A DNA stretch of 64,000 nt from an uncultured cyanobacterium (lineage in GTDB: Bacteria > Cyanobacteriota > Cyanobacteriia > Cyanobacteriales > Nostocaceae), in assembly GCA_963706595.1 (NCBI GenBank), contig OY970166.1:2208001-2272000 (forward strand), in the 5' to 3' direction. The translations under genes and the position numbers were made by a program. Below the pieces are notes generated by a model. The model did no database searches and was not told the DNA's origin. It saw nothing but the letters and a program-made list of their open reading frames with translations. Positions 41,798 through 52,602 of this stretch are shown here, piece after piece; within the stretch, counting starts at the first letter, position 1, and each line of letters begins with the position of its first letter.

Positions 41798-42642
41798 TAT
41801 TGCTCTAGAGCCGCTTGGATGCGTGGTAATTCTAAGAATTTTTTGGTATCAGATAGTAATCGTTCACCCCAGAGATTTTCTTTGAGGAAATCTAAATTAC
41901 CATAGCGCTGATCGATGGCGAGTGCAGCTTCTCCCATTGATAGGGCTTGTTGGCGGTCGCCTTGATTATACATGGCCACTGCTAAGGCTAATAAAGGTTC
42001 TGCGGCTTGTTTGTCGATGTTAACAGAAGTTCGCCATTGCTTAACCGCATTTTCAACATCACCCTGTTCGTATTTGATTAAGCCAATGTTATTAATGGCC
42101 GGCCAGAATTTTTTGTCTAAAGAGAAAGATTTATTGTACTGGGCGATCGCTTCTGGTAATCGACCTAACATATAGTAAGCATTGCCCAAATCAAACAATC
42201 CTTCTGGGTTGTCGGGTTTTAACTGCAAACCTTTTTGGTAATACGTCGCTGCTGCTTGGTAATTTTGCTGTTGAAAATTAGCCGAACCCAAAGCAAACAC
42301 AACGTCAGGATTTTGGGGATTGAGGGACTGTGCTTTTTGCAAAGCCGCGATCGCCAGATCAAAATCTTTGGTTTGCAAATGTAAACCACCTAACAGAAAC
42401 CAGACTCTATCATTATTAGGAGCCAGTTGACTGGCTAACTTAGCCCTTGGCAAAGCCAACTCAAATTGCTGAAATTGCCCCAGTTGAGCAGCTTCTTGTG
42501 CTAGACCCAACCCTTGTTTTTCCAAATTCTCTGCATCCAGTTGCAGTGTATGAGGTATCAATGCCTGTGCGTGAACTGCCTTTGGCATACTCCACAAACT
42601 ACAGACCACCAAAAGAGAAATCAAACTAATATGTTTAGGCAC
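41797..42642 (-). CDS. Secreted TPR protein
   Basis: Signal peptide ending VHAQA followed by tandem TPR motifs. Confidence 0.88.
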   Translation of the reverse strand: MPKHISLISLLVVCSLWSMPKAVHAQALIPHTLQLDAENLEKQGLGLAQEAAQLGQFQQFELALPRAKLASQLAPNNDRVWFLLGGLHLQTKDFDLAIAALQKAQSLNPQNPDVVFALGSANFQQQNYQAAATYYQKGLQLKPDNPEGLFDLGNAYYMLGRLPEAIAQYNKSFSLDKKFWPAINNIGLIKYEQGDVENAVKQWRTSVNIDKQAAEPLLALAVAMYNQGDRQQALSMGEAALAIDQRYGNLDFLKENLWGERLLSDTKKFLELPRIQAALEQ

Positions 42643-42884
42643 ACTACCGCCTCTTAGCCACAAATCAAGGAATCTTCCAGTTAGCTTATACGATATCTGC
42701 TTGAGAAGAAAGGCACTCGTTCAGATCAAAAGGTAATTACAGCATTTGTCATGTAAATAAAATACACCGTAAGCTTGTATTCTCACCGAAGAGGCAGGGG
42801 AGCAGGGAAAATAATTTGTCTCCCAGCAGGTTGCAATTTGCTTACTCCTCATCTGTGTATTGTTTGATAATTTCAGTAAAATTA

Positions 42885-42969
42885 GTGACTTTTGTCATGC
42901 CCCACAATAGCTTTACTAATGACTTTTGTCATACACAGCCCAGGCACTTTTAGGTAGATAATATCTACC
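42885..42969. promoter_or_regulatory. Paired palindromic operator-like sites
   Basis: GTGACTTTTGTCAT (42885-42898), ATGACTTTTGTCAT (42919-42932), GGTAGATA-A-TATCTACC (42953-42969). Confidence 0.6.
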
Positions 42970-43038
42970 ATCAATTGCTCATCTCCTAGTTTAACTAGAG
43001 GGCAATTGCAATTTTATGCCAGTAATGGAGTCAATTTC

Positions 43039-43461
43039 ATGTTGAAACGAATTAGCCCCATCATGCTCTTGACTGTGGCTCTAACAGTTTCACAACTTTT
43101 TTTATCTACACCTGCAAATGCTAAACCAAAATACCAGCATCACTACAATAGAGGACGAAGCAGAGCCAGAGTAGTTAATTCAACTAGAAACGTTGTTACC
43201 CCAAGGAGATCCAGAGTCGCTACCCCAAATAAAAAAGGAGGAGGAGGAAGAATAGTTAGACTGGCTAATGGTAATGTCAGACTTCCCAACGGGCAAGTTG
43301 TTCCTTCTCATAGATTAGTCAGACTACGTAATCAAGGTTACTGGAGACTTCCCAATGGGGATTTTATTCAGCCCAACCAGCAAATTGTTCCTGTGAAAAA
43401 CACAGTCAGAATGCAGAATGGCCACATCAGACTTCCTAATGGAATCATCTTGATCATATAG
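43039..43461 (+). CDS. Small basic secreted protein with RLPNG repeats
   Basis: GGAG SD, signal peptide ending PANA, Arg-rich region, repeats RLANG/RLPNG/RMQNG. Confidence 0.75.
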   Translation: MLKRISPIMLLTVALTVSQLFLSTPANAKPKYQHHYNRGRSRARVVNSTRNVVTPRRSRVATPNKKGGGGRIVRLANGNVRLPNGQVVPSHRLVRLRNQGYWRLPNGDFIQPNQQIVPVKNTVRMQNGHIRLPNGIILII

Positions 43462-43794
43462 CAATTGATCATTAATACAATCTCGTTCATTTAACCGGGG
43501 CATTGGTGCTATGTACTCCCAGATTTCCCAGGTAATTTCATAATTACTTTTACTGTATGCCCTTCCAATGTTGCTTTGGAGGGGATTTTACTGAGAAAAT
43601 TATTTAATCGCTAACCTACAATCAGCCCTTTTCCTAGCGATAACGTTCTTCAGGACGGGCGTATTGCAATCAGCCTCTTCTATAGATTTTGCATTGATTT
43701 TTAATGGTTCTACTATTTACGCCAACCTCTACTAGCTTATGGTTCTAGCGGTGCAGAACTAGCTCGGAAGCAATTGTTTTTCCTGGAACTTTAT

Positions 43795-45339
43795 ATGAAA
43801 ATTGATACATCACAGCCAGTAGATTCTTCATCTTTGATCACAAAGGTGAACAAAAAGAGTCGAAATCATTGGCTATCTTGGTTACTTATTCTCGGACTTG
43901 TGAGTGGTATTGGCTATGCAGTTTATTACCAATTAGCAGTTCGTCCCAGCCAACAAGCCAGACAACGGGTGTTGACACAGCCTGTAGAACGACAGAGTTT
44001 AACAATCACAGTTTCCGCCAATGGCACAGTGAAGCCGGAACGGTCAATTAACCTCAGCCCTAAAAATTCAGGAATATTAAAAGAATTGTTGGTGAAGGAA
44101 GGAGATATCCTCAAACAAGGACAAATTGTCGCTTATATGGACGATTCAAACCTGCAAGGACAACTGATTTCGGCTCGTGGACAACTGGCGCAAGCCCAGG
44201 CAAATCTTCAAAAGTTAGAAGCAGGTAATCGCCCTCAAGATATTGCCCAGGCTCAGGCACAATTAGAAGAAGTACAAGCAAATCTGCGAAGGGCGCAAGC
44301 AGGTAATCGTCCTCAAGAAATTGCCCAAGCCCAAGCCCGTTTAAACAGCGCTCAAACTAATTTAAATAGAACAGAAGATGATCTCCGCCGCAACCAGCAA
44401 CTATACAATGCTGGCGGCATTTCTCTCCAGATTCTCAACCAAATTCGTGCAGACCGTGATAACGCTCAGTCTCAGGTCAATGAAGCCCAGCAAGCATTGG
44501 CGTTGCAACAAGCAGGATCACGTCCTGAAGATATTGACCAACTGAGAGCGACAGTTAGGCAAAGAGAGGAAGCTGTAGGACTTCTGAGAGCCGGAACGCG
44601 CCGCGAAGATATTGATGCCGCTCGCGCTCAAGTGATGTCGGCTCGTGGTTCGCTGCAAAACATTCAAGCTCAAATTAATGACACGATCATTCGCGCTCCT
44701 TTTGATGGTTTGGTAACGAGGAAATTTGCTGACCCTGGGGCTTTTGTCACTCCTACAACTGCTGGTAGTGACGTATCTTCTGCTTCTTCTTCTTCAATTT
44801 TGTCTCTGGCTTCTATTAATGAGGTGGTAACAAGTTTAGCTGAAACTAATATTTCTCAAATTAGCCTTGGTCAACCAGTCACAATTACAGCTGATGCTTA
44901 CCCAGGAGAAACTTTTGCGGGAAAAGTCAGTCAAATCGCGGCTCAAGCTGTAGTGGTGCAGAATGTTACCAGCTTTGAAGTGAGAGTGTCACTGGTAGAC
45001 CCGGAAAGTTTACTGCGGTCAGGAATGAATGTGGAGGCTGAGTTTCAAGTTGAACAAGTGGAAAATGCTTTAGTTGTGCCTACTGCTGCGGTGGTGCGTC
45101 GAGAAGGTGGTACAGGTGTGTTTGTGGCTGGAGTTGATGGAGAACCTGTTTTTACTCGCATTGAGACTGGGGTGACTGAGAATAATTTTACGGAAGTGAA
45201 GTCTGGTTTGTCAGGAGATGAGGAAGTTTTGTTGAGTTTCCCGCCAGGTTCACGTCCACGCTCTACACCACGAGGGGGTATTCTTCCTGGTATGGGTGGG
45301 GGTGGCGGAGGTGGTCGAAATCGCGGCGCTCGCCCTTAA
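43795..45339 (+). CDS. Efflux periplasmic adaptor (MacA/HlyD family)
   Basis: N-terminal TM, long coiled coil, IRAPFDG, LRSGMNV. Confidence 0.9.
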   Translation: MKIDTSQPVDSSSLITKVNKKSRNHWLSWLLILGLVSGIGYAVYYQLAVRPSQQARQRVLTQPVERQSLTITVSANGTVKPERSINLSPKNSGILKELLVKEGDILKQGQIVAYMDDSNLQGQLISARGQLAQAQANLQKLEAGNRPQDIAQAQAQLEEVQANLRRAQAGNRPQEIAQAQARLNSAQTNLNRTEDDLRRNQQLYNAGGISLQILNQIRADRDNAQSQVNEAQQALALQQAGSRPEDIDQLRATVRQREEAVGLLRAGTRREDIDAARAQVMSARGSLQNIQAQINDTIIRAPFDGLVTRKFADPGAFVTPTTAGSDVSSASSSSILSLASINEVVTSLAETNISQISLGQPVTITADAYPGETFAGKVSQIAAQAVVVQNVTSFEVRVSLVDPESLLRSGMNVEAEFQVEQVENALVVPTAAVVRREGGTGVFVAGVDGEPVFTRIETGVTENNFTEVKSGLSGDEEVLLSFPPGSRPRSTPRGGILPGMGGGGGGGRNRGARP

Positions 45340-45376
45340 TTTTAGTTTTAAATATTATGGATATCTTAGGGGAATT

Positions 45377-46678
45377 GTGAAGATTAGTTTTTTGACGAAC
45401 CGTCAAGTACGCCAAGGAAACCAAGGGAGTTTACAAACTCGTTCTGTGCCGTTGCTAGAAATTTTGTTAATGGCAGTGGAAACCCTGTGGAGTAATAAGT
45501 TACGCACAAGTTTAACGATGTTGGGTGTTATTATTGGTATTGCTTCGGTGATTGCTATTACTTCTGTGGGTCAAGGGGTGCAAAGGGGTGTTGAGCAACA
45601 GATTCAAGCTTTGGGTACTGATGTCATTCAAGTTCTGGCTGGTACTGCTAGAGGAGGTAATGTTCGTCAAGGCTTGGGTTCTAGTAGTACTTTAACTTGG
45701 GAAGATGCTCAGGCGATCGCTACACAAGCCCCATCTGCTGAAATTGTTTCTGCCTATCTCCAACGCAATACACAAGTGGTTTATGGACAACAAAATACTT
45801 CTACAACCGTTTTTGGCACAGATTTAAATTACCCAGAAGCGAGAAATACTTTTCCCCAACAAGGGCGATTTTTTACTCAAGCAGAACTAGATAAAGCTAC
45901 ACAGGTGGCTATTATTGGTCCTACAGTCCAGAGGACACTGTTTGGACAAAATGCCAATGTCATCGGTGAGAGAATCCGCATTCAGGGAGAGCCTTATGAA
46001 GTGATTGGGGTGATGGAACCTAAAGGTTCTCAAGGACCGAATGATCGAGATGACCAAGTTTTTATTCCTCTCACCAGTATGTCGAGCCGAATTGTCGGGA
46101 ACAATGCTCTTACTGGTATTTCTGTGAATGGGATTTTAATTAAATCTGGTAGTCCCGAGCAGTTAGAAGCGGCTCAGTTTCAAGTGACTAATCTGTTACG
46201 CCTACGCCACAATATCTATCCACCACAACCCGATGATTTTCGACTAACTAACCAAGCTGATATTGTTAGCACTTTTACAAATATTGTCGGTTTATTTACA
46301 GTCATGGTAGTGGCGATCGCCGGAATTTCCTTAGTTGTTGGCGGTATCGGCATTGCTAATATTATGCTGGTTTCCGTTGTGGAACGGACGCGGGAAATTG
46401 GCATTCGTAAAGCAGTGGGAGCCACCAATTCAGCCATTCTCAATCAATTTTTAGCCGAAGCGATCGTTATTTCTACATTAGGAGGCGCAATTGGCATGGG
46501 CGGTGGTATTTTGATTGCCTTTGGTGCTGCAACTGTGTTTAAATTTCCCTTTGTAATTTCGGTTCTATCAATCATCGCCGGGTTCGGATTATCTTTAGGC
46601 GTTGGCTTACTTGCTGGTGTAATTCCTGCCCGTAATGCCTCCAAATTAGATCCAATTACCGCTTTAAGAAGCGATTAA
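45377..46678 (+). CDS. MacB/FtsX-like ABC permease
   Basis: NKLRTSLTMLGVIIG, GGIGIANIMLVSVVERTREIGIRKAVGA; start uncertain. Confidence 0.9.
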   Translation: MKISFLTNRQVRQGNQGSLQTRSVPLLEILLMAVETLWSNKLRTSLTMLGVIIGIASVIAITSVGQGVQRGVEQQIQALGTDVIQVLAGTARGGNVRQGLGSSSTLTWEDAQAIATQAPSAEIVSAYLQRNTQVVYGQQNTSTTVFGTDLNYPEARNTFPQQGRFFTQAELDKATQVAIIGPTVQRTLFGQNANVIGERIRIQGEPYEVIGVMEPKGSQGPNDRDDQVFIPLTSMSSRIVGNNALTGISVNGILIKSGSPEQLEAAQFQVTNLLRLRHNIYPPQPDDFRLTNQADIVSTFTNIVGLFTVMVVAIAGISLVVGGIGIANIMLVSVVERTREIGIRKAVGATNSAILNQFLAEAIVISTLGGAIGMGGGILIAFGAATVFKFPFVISVLSIIAGFGLSLGVGLLAGVIPARNASKLDPITALRSD

Positions 46679-46859
46679 TACCATTTCTTTCCTTTCTTTC
46701 CTTTCTTGCCTTTGTGTACTTTGCGTACTAGCGCCCTGGGGGCATACGCTGCGCGGTAAGCGAAGCTATGCCGAAGGCTTTATGCGGTTCGTTCCTCAAA
46801 TACTCAGCATTCACGCCGAAGCCATCATACAGAATTGATATAACTAATTCATAAATTAT

Positions 46860-47531
46860 ATGACCACAATGATTTGGATGGAGTCCATCACCAAAACTTA
46901 CCATCTAGGAGAAATGACTGTTCCTATACTCAAGGGGATTCAACTCTCCATAGAAGAAGGGGAATATGTCTCAATTATGGGTGCTTCTGGTTCGGGGAAA
47001 TCTACCTTGATGAATATTGTCGGGTGTCTGGATCGCCCCACGGCGGGAAACTATATTTTTGAAGGCAGAAATTTAACTACTTTCGATGATGATGAATTAG
47101 CATATATCCGTAACCAAAGAATTGGTTTTGTTTTCCAACAATTTAATTTATTAGCCAGGGCGACAGCACTAGAAAACGTGATGCTACCAATGATTTATGC
47201 TAATTTACCCAAGCCAAAACGTCGTGAACGGGCATTGTCAGCATTACAAAGGGTGGGACTAGGCGATCGCATCTCTAACCGTCCTAATCAACTCTCTGGG
47301 GGGCAACAGCAACGAGTGGCGATCGCTCGTGCTTTGGTGAATCGTCCAGCTTTGGTTTTGGCGGATGAACCCACGGGTGCTTTAGATACCGAGACTTCCC
47401 ACGATGTGATGAATTTACTCACAGAACTGAATGAGCAAGGAATCACCATTGTGATTGTGACTCACGAGCCAGATATTGCGGCTCAAACCAAAAGAATTAT
47501 TCGTGTTCAGGATGGTTTGATAGTAGGCTAA
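46860..47531 (+). CDS. MacB/LolD-like ABC ATP-binding protein
   Basis: [26 protein letters not shown]. Confidence 0.93.
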   Translation: MTTMIWMESITKTYHLGEMTVPILKGIQLSIEEGEYVSIMGASGSGKSTLMNIVGCLDRPTAGNYIFEGRNLTTFDDDELAYIRNQRIGFVFQQFNLLARATALENVMLPMIYANLPKPKRRERALSALQRVGLGDRISNRPNQLSGGQQQRVAIARALVNRPALVLADEPTGALDTETSHDVMNLLTELNEQGITIVIVTHEPDIAAQTKRIIRVQDGLIVG

Positions 47532-47581
47532 TTCAGTACGATAATTTTTATAGCTGAGAAACCTGATACTAGTCTAAGAAT

Positions 47582-48997
47582 ATGAATTTTAGCTTATTTT
47601 GTGTGCATTCTACCGGGATGGCTGTGGCGATCGCTCTTCTGGTTCCCAGTTTAGCTGGAAGTGTAACTGCTCAAACTCCCCCAGAAATTCCGGCTGATGC
47701 TGTGCAAGTTCCCGATTTTCTCAACCCTAATCCTAATCCTCTGCTGTTTCCCACTCGCCCAGAAGAAGTGAGAATTCAGCGCACTCAGCCGATATCTTTA
47801 GCTGAGGCTTTGGAACTAGCAAAACGCCAAAATCGAGATTTACAGGTAGCAATCTTAGAACTAGAACGTAGTCGCTCGGCATTACGGGAGTCTCAAGCTG
47901 TTTTGTTTCCGAATGTTAATGTCAATAGTAGCTTGACTAACAGAGGTGACGGTTTTACTGGTGACGCATCTCAATCTAGCACTACTTTCAATGGTCAAGC
48001 ACAAATAAATTATGACCTGTTTACTTCTGGTAATCGTCAAGCTAGCATCCGCGCGGCTGAGGAACAGCTACGGATAGATGAGTTAGATGTAGAAAATCGG
48101 TCTTTAGAAATTCAACTGAATGTCACTACTCAATATTACGATTTGCAAGAAGCAGATGAATTAGTCAGAATTAATCAGTCGGCTGTGGCAAATTCCCAGG
48201 CTAGTTTGCGGGATGCTCAAGCTAGGGAACGAGCCGGAGTTGGTACGCGGTTCGATGTGCTGCAATCTCAGGTAAATTTGGCTAATGCTCAACAAAGCCT
48301 GACTAATTCTCTTTCACGACAGCGAATTGCCCGTCGTCGGTTTGCTGCTTTGTTAAATTTGGCACAATCAGCCGAAGTTAGCGCCGCAGATGCTGTCCAA
48401 GTGGCGGGACTTTGGCAACAAACTTTGGAAGAATCTATTATCCAAGCGTTTCAGAACCGTCCAGAATTACAACAGGTTTTGGCACAACGGAATATTTCGG
48501 AACAACAGCGACGACAAGCTATTTCACAGCTAAGGCCGCAAGTGAGTTTGAATGGCAATTACAACGTCTTAGACCGCTTTGACGATGGACTCAGCCTGAC
48601 TGATGGTTATTCTGTGGGAATCAGAGCTAGTTTAACTTTATTCGATGGGGGAGCAGCTAAAGCCAGAGCAGCTCAATCTAAAGTTAATATTGCGATCGCC
48701 CAAAGTCAATTTGCGAGTCAGCGTGAAGGAATTCGCTTTGATGTGGAACAATTCTATGCTCAATTACAGTCAAATCTAGATAACATCCAAACTTCTGGCG
48801 TGGCTTTAAATCAAGCCAGGGAAGCTCTGAGTTTAGCCAGATTGCGCTTTGAAGCTGGCGTTGGAACTCAAACAGATGTGATTTTTGCTGAAAACGATTT
48901 GACAAGAGCTGAAGGTAATCGAGTCTCAGCAATTTTAGATTACAATCGCGCTTTGGCTAATTTACAAAGAACTGTCACATTCAGGAGTGCCAGATAA
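47582..48997 (+). CDS. TolC-family outer membrane efflux protein
   Basis: Signal peptide; duplicated OEP motifs AGVGTRFDV and AGVGTQTDV. Confidence 0.9.
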   Translation: MNFSLFCVHSTGMAVAIALLVPSLAGSVTAQTPPEIPADAVQVPDFLNPNPNPLLFPTRPEEVRIQRTQPISLAEALELAKRQNRDLQVAILELERSRSALRESQAVLFPNVNVNSSLTNRGDGFTGDASQSSTTFNGQAQINYDLFTSGNRQASIRAAEEQLRIDELDVENRSLEIQLNVTTQYYDLQEADELVRINQSAVANSQASLRDAQARERAGVGTRFDVLQSQVNLANAQQSLTNSLSRQRIARRRFAALLNLAQSAEVSAADAVQVAGLWQQTLEESIIQAFQNRPELQQVLAQRNISEQQRRQAISQLRPQVSLNGNYNVLDRFDDGLSLTDGYSVGIRASLTLFDGGAAKARAAQSKVNIAIAQSQFASQREGIRFDVEQFYAQLQSNLDNIQTSGVALNQAREALSLARLRFEAGVGTQTDVIFAENDLTRAEGNRVSAILDYNRALANLQRTVTFRSAR

Positions 48998-49116
48998 GTA
49001 GGTTGGTGTTCAAAATAGTCGTTGGGGCAAGGTAGGGAGCAGGGAACAGGGGGAAAAAGGGTTTCACCCCTATTTACTTTTCTGCATACATTTTGGTGAT
49101 CTCACCTCCACCTACT
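48997..49116. mobile_element. Small TA-flanked MITE-like element
   Basis: TA|AGTAGGT..ACCTACT|TA with an internal GGGAGCA-type tract. Confidence 0.5.
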
Positions 49117-49315
49117 TAATTAAACTGGCAAAGTTAGTCTATCAGGCGAAGGCGTAAACAAAGACTAAAAGCTAATATAAAGAAAGATTAAGCAATCATC
49201 AAGCTGATTTTCAGTCTAGTTGTTGAGTCTATGGATAAATATGGGTATTTAGTCCACACGTCTTTTAAACTCCTGCACTTGCTTGATCACAAGTGATATT
49301 CGTAGGCTAATATTT

Positions 49316-50782
49316 ATGGTTAGGCAAATCGAAGTTCCCCTGATTGGGAAAGTTAAATATCCCCTACGCTGGGGAATTGGGTTAATAGTTGCAGGTTCTT
49401 TAGCTGTGGGTACAACTATTACCTATAATCTGGCAAATCAGAGAACTCGTGAACAAAGTATTACCGAATTAACTGTGCCGGTAGAAGCACAAAATGTGAC
49501 TTTAAGGATTACCGCCAGTGGTAAAGTGGTGCCGGTTCAAAGTGTGAATATTAGTCCCAAAAACCCCGGTGTGCTGGCAGAGTTATATGTGGAACAAGGC
49601 GATCGCGTGTCACAAGGCCAAGTTCTGGCGCGGATGGATGTAGGCGACATCGAAGCGCAAATTCTCCAGCAACGTGCCAATTTAGCTCAGGCACAGGCAC
49701 AATTAGACCAAGCCCGTGCGGGGAGTCGTCCGCAAGAAATACAGCAAGCTCAGGCGCGTTTAGCCCAAGCTGAAGCACAGTTAAGTCAAGCCCGTGCGGG
49801 GAATCGTGATCAGGAAATTGCTCAAGCCCAGGCTCAGGTAAATTCAGCCCAGGCCCAGGTAACTCTCACGCAATCACGGGTCAAGCGTTATCAAGAATTA
49901 ACCCAGCAAGGGGCGACTTCTCAAGACCAATTGGATCAGTTTATTAGTGAAGACCAAAGGGCAAAAGCGAGTTTAGATGAAGCCCAAAAACGACTATCAT
50001 TGTTAGAAGTTGGTAGTCGGAATGAAGAAATTACAGCCAGAGAAGCTGCTGTTACCGAAGCCCGCGCCGCATTGGTACTGTTAGAAAATGGCAGTCGTCC
50101 AGAGGAAATTGCTCAACGTTTAGCAGCAGTGAAAGGGGCGGAAGCTCAAATTCAAGCGGCCGAGGTGAGGCTGCAAGATACTGTGATTCGTGCGCCCTTC
50201 TCCGGAATTGTCACCCAGAAATACGCCAATATTGGTGCTTTTGTGACTCCGACAACTTCCGCTTCTACCAGTGCATCGGCAACTTCTAGTTCCATTGTGG
50301 CAGTTGCACGGGGTTTAGAGGTGTTGGCGCAAGTCCCAGAGGTGGATATTAGCAGAATTGCAGAGGGACAACAGGTAGAAATTGTGGCTGATGCCTATCC
50401 TGATCAAGTATTTAAAGGTAATGTGCGTTTGATTGCTCCCGAAGCGGTGGTGGAACAAGGTGTAACATCCTTTCAAGTGCGGGTAGCTCTGGATACGGGT
50501 ACAGAAAAACTGCGTTCTGGCTTAAATGTGGATTTGACTTTTTTAGGCGATCGCCTCAGTGATGCTTTGGTATTACCCACGGTAGCAATTGTCACCGAAC
50601 AGGGTAAAACTGGTGTCTTAGTCGCAGATGACCAAAATCAACCCCTGTTTCAGGAAGTGACTATTGGGGCGCAAATCGAAGACCAAACTCAAATTTTACA
50701 GGGAGTGAAACAAGGCGATCGCGTATTTATCAACCCACCGCCAGACTACAAAAAGGGGCGGAATCAACCGCGTCTACCTTGA
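49316..50782 (+). CDS. Second efflux periplasmic adaptor
   Basis: Paralogous to 43795..45339: VNISPKNPG, IRAPFSG, LRSGLNV. Confidence 0.9.
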   Translation: MVRQIEVPLIGKVKYPLRWGIGLIVAGSLAVGTTITYNLANQRTREQSITELTVPVEAQNVTLRITASGKVVPVQSVNISPKNPGVLAELYVEQGDRVSQGQVLARMDVGDIEAQILQQRANLAQAQAQLDQARAGSRPQEIQQAQARLAQAEAQLSQARAGNRDQEIAQAQAQVNSAQAQVTLTQSRVKRYQELTQQGATSQDQLDQFISEDQRAKASLDEAQKRLSLLEVGSRNEEITAREAAVTEARAALVLLENGSRPEEIAQRLAAVKGAEAQIQAAEVRLQDTVIRAPFSGIVTQKYANIGAFVTPTTSASTSASATSSSIVAVARGLEVLAQVPEVDISRIAEGQQVEIVADAYPDQVFKGNVRLIAPEAVVEQGVTSFQVRVALDTGTEKLRSGLNVDLTFLGDRLSDALVLPTVAIVTEQGKTGVLVADDQNQPLFQEVTIGAQIEDQTQILQGVKQGDRVFINPPPDYKKGRNQPRLP

Positions 50783-50885
50783 AAACCATAGTTTTTTATC
50801 ATGAGGTTAAAGTTTAGAACTCAAGCTACAACCGAATCATATACTCTGCTCAAAAACTTCAGGTTTCAATATGGACGGGGTTTAA

Positions 50886-51009
50886 GGGACTTCCAATTAA
50901 AAAAATATCCCATTGCTGAGGTAGGCAGGGGAGCAGGGAGCAGGGAGCAGGGGGGATAAAGAACAAAGATGGTCTAATGAAATGGGGCAATTTATTTTCT
51001 GGAAGTCCC
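50886..51009. mobile_element. 124-bp MITE with GGGACTTCCA ends
   Basis: TAA|GGGACTTCCA...TGGAAGTCCC|TAA, 3-bp duplication (IS5-like). Confidence 0.75.
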
Positions 51010-51061
51010 TAATCAATAACAATTTTGGTGCATCTCTGAAAATTACAAATTACGAATTAGT

Positions 51062-52279
51062 ATGAATATTTTAGAAAGTATGCAAATGGCAGGAAAAACC
51101 CTGCTATCTAATAAGTTGCGTAGCGCCTTGACTATGTTGGGGATTGTGATTGGTAATGCTTCAGTAATTGCCATGATTGGGATTGGTGAAGGTGGACAAA
51201 GGTTTGTTAACCAACAGCTAGAATCTTTAGGACCAAATGTGTTATTTGTCATCCCCGGAAATCGTGCCACACAGCGCGTCTCTAGAGAAGTACCGAAAAC
51301 TTTAGTATTTGAAGATGCTAAGGCGATCGAGAGTCAAGTGCCAACGGTAGCAGCAGTCACAGGAGAGTTGAATAGTAGACAGGTACTCACATATAGCAAT
51401 CAAAACAGTAATGTGAATATTGTTGGCACAACTCCCTCTTTTTTGACTGTGCGTGACTTTGAAATGGCCACAGGGCGATTTTTTACTGATATAGATATGA
51501 AGCGGAATAACCAAGTTGTGGTAATAGGCGCAGACTTGGCAGAAAGATTATTTGGTAATAGTAACCCTATCGGTGAGAAGTTGCGGATCAGAAATACCAG
51601 TTTTCAAGTAATTGGAGTATTAGAAAGCAAAGGCTCAAACTTAGGTGTGAATTACGATGAAGCGGCGTTAATTCCATTGGTGACAATGGCGAACAGAATT
51701 GTGGGGCGAACTTCTCCCTTTGGATTAGAGTTAACTTATATTGTGATCTCAGCTAACGATGCCGATAGTGTGGATGCAGCCAAGTTTCAAATTACTAATT
51801 TGCTGCGTTTGCGGCACAAAATTACTGGGGAAGATGATTTCACAATCAATACTCAAAAGGATGCTTTGGAAACCGTTGGTCAAATTTCCAGTGCATTAAC
51901 TGTTATGCTGGCTGCGATCGCCGGGATATCATTATTTGTGGGTGGTATTGGCATCATGAATATTATGCTAGTTTCCGTCACCGAACGCACCCAAGAAATC
52001 GGATTGCGGAAGGCAATTGGCGCAACTGAACAAGATATTTTACTTCAGTTTATGATTGAAGCGGTGATAGTTTCCGTCATCGGTGGTTTAGTTGGGACTG
52101 CGGTGGGTGTGAGTGGTATTGTATTAGTAGCAGTAGTAACTCCCTTAGAAGCTGCAATTTCTCCCATTGCGATCGCCACAGCCGTGGGTGTATCTGGTGG
52201 TATAGGTTTATTTTTTGGTGTTGTTCCCGCCCGGCGTGCTGCTCAACTTGACCCGATTGTAGCCCTCAGAAGTGCTTAG
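51062..52279 (+). CDS. Second MacB/FtsX-like ABC permease
   Basis: NKLRSALTMLGIVIG, GGIGIMNIMLVSVTERTQEIG. Confidence 0.92.
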   Translation: MNILESMQMAGKTLLSNKLRSALTMLGIVIGNASVIAMIGIGEGGQRFVNQQLESLGPNVLFVIPGNRATQRVSREVPKTLVFEDAKAIESQVPTVAAVTGELNSRQVLTYSNQNSNVNIVGTTPSFLTVRDFEMATGRFFTDIDMKRNNQVVVIGADLAERLFGNSNPIGEKLRIRNTSFQVIGVLESKGSNLGVNYDEAALIPLVTMANRIVGRTSPFGLELTYIVISANDADSVDAAKFQITNLLRLRHKITGEDDFTINTQKDALETVGQISSALTVMLAAIAGISLFVGGIGIMNIMLVSVTERTQEIGLRKAIGATEQDILLQFMIEAVIVSVIGGLVGTAVGVSGIVLVAVVTPLEAAISPIAIATAVGVSGGIGLFFGVVPARRAAQLDPIVALRSA

Positions 52280-52602
52280 AGTCGCTAATTAAGTTGATCT
52301 GGATCGCAAAAATCAAAGTAGGAGAAATGGCCCCGATAGCCGACGTTATTCCCATTTTTAAGTCGATTACGGGTATTTATGAGCAGATTATGTCTAAGCG
52401 ATCGCGTACCCTGATGATCACCTAACCTGAAGGAAACAATGGATAAAGTTGAGATGAGACGCATTGAACCGAAATCCTAGTTTAGCGAAGTAGAAGACCC
52501 TGTAAAAGTTATTCACAAAATCTATCTATAGATATTTCCTACAAATAGGCGATCGCCATTAAACTGCTCAGAATATGTTCAAATTTTATACATATTTTGT
52601 AG

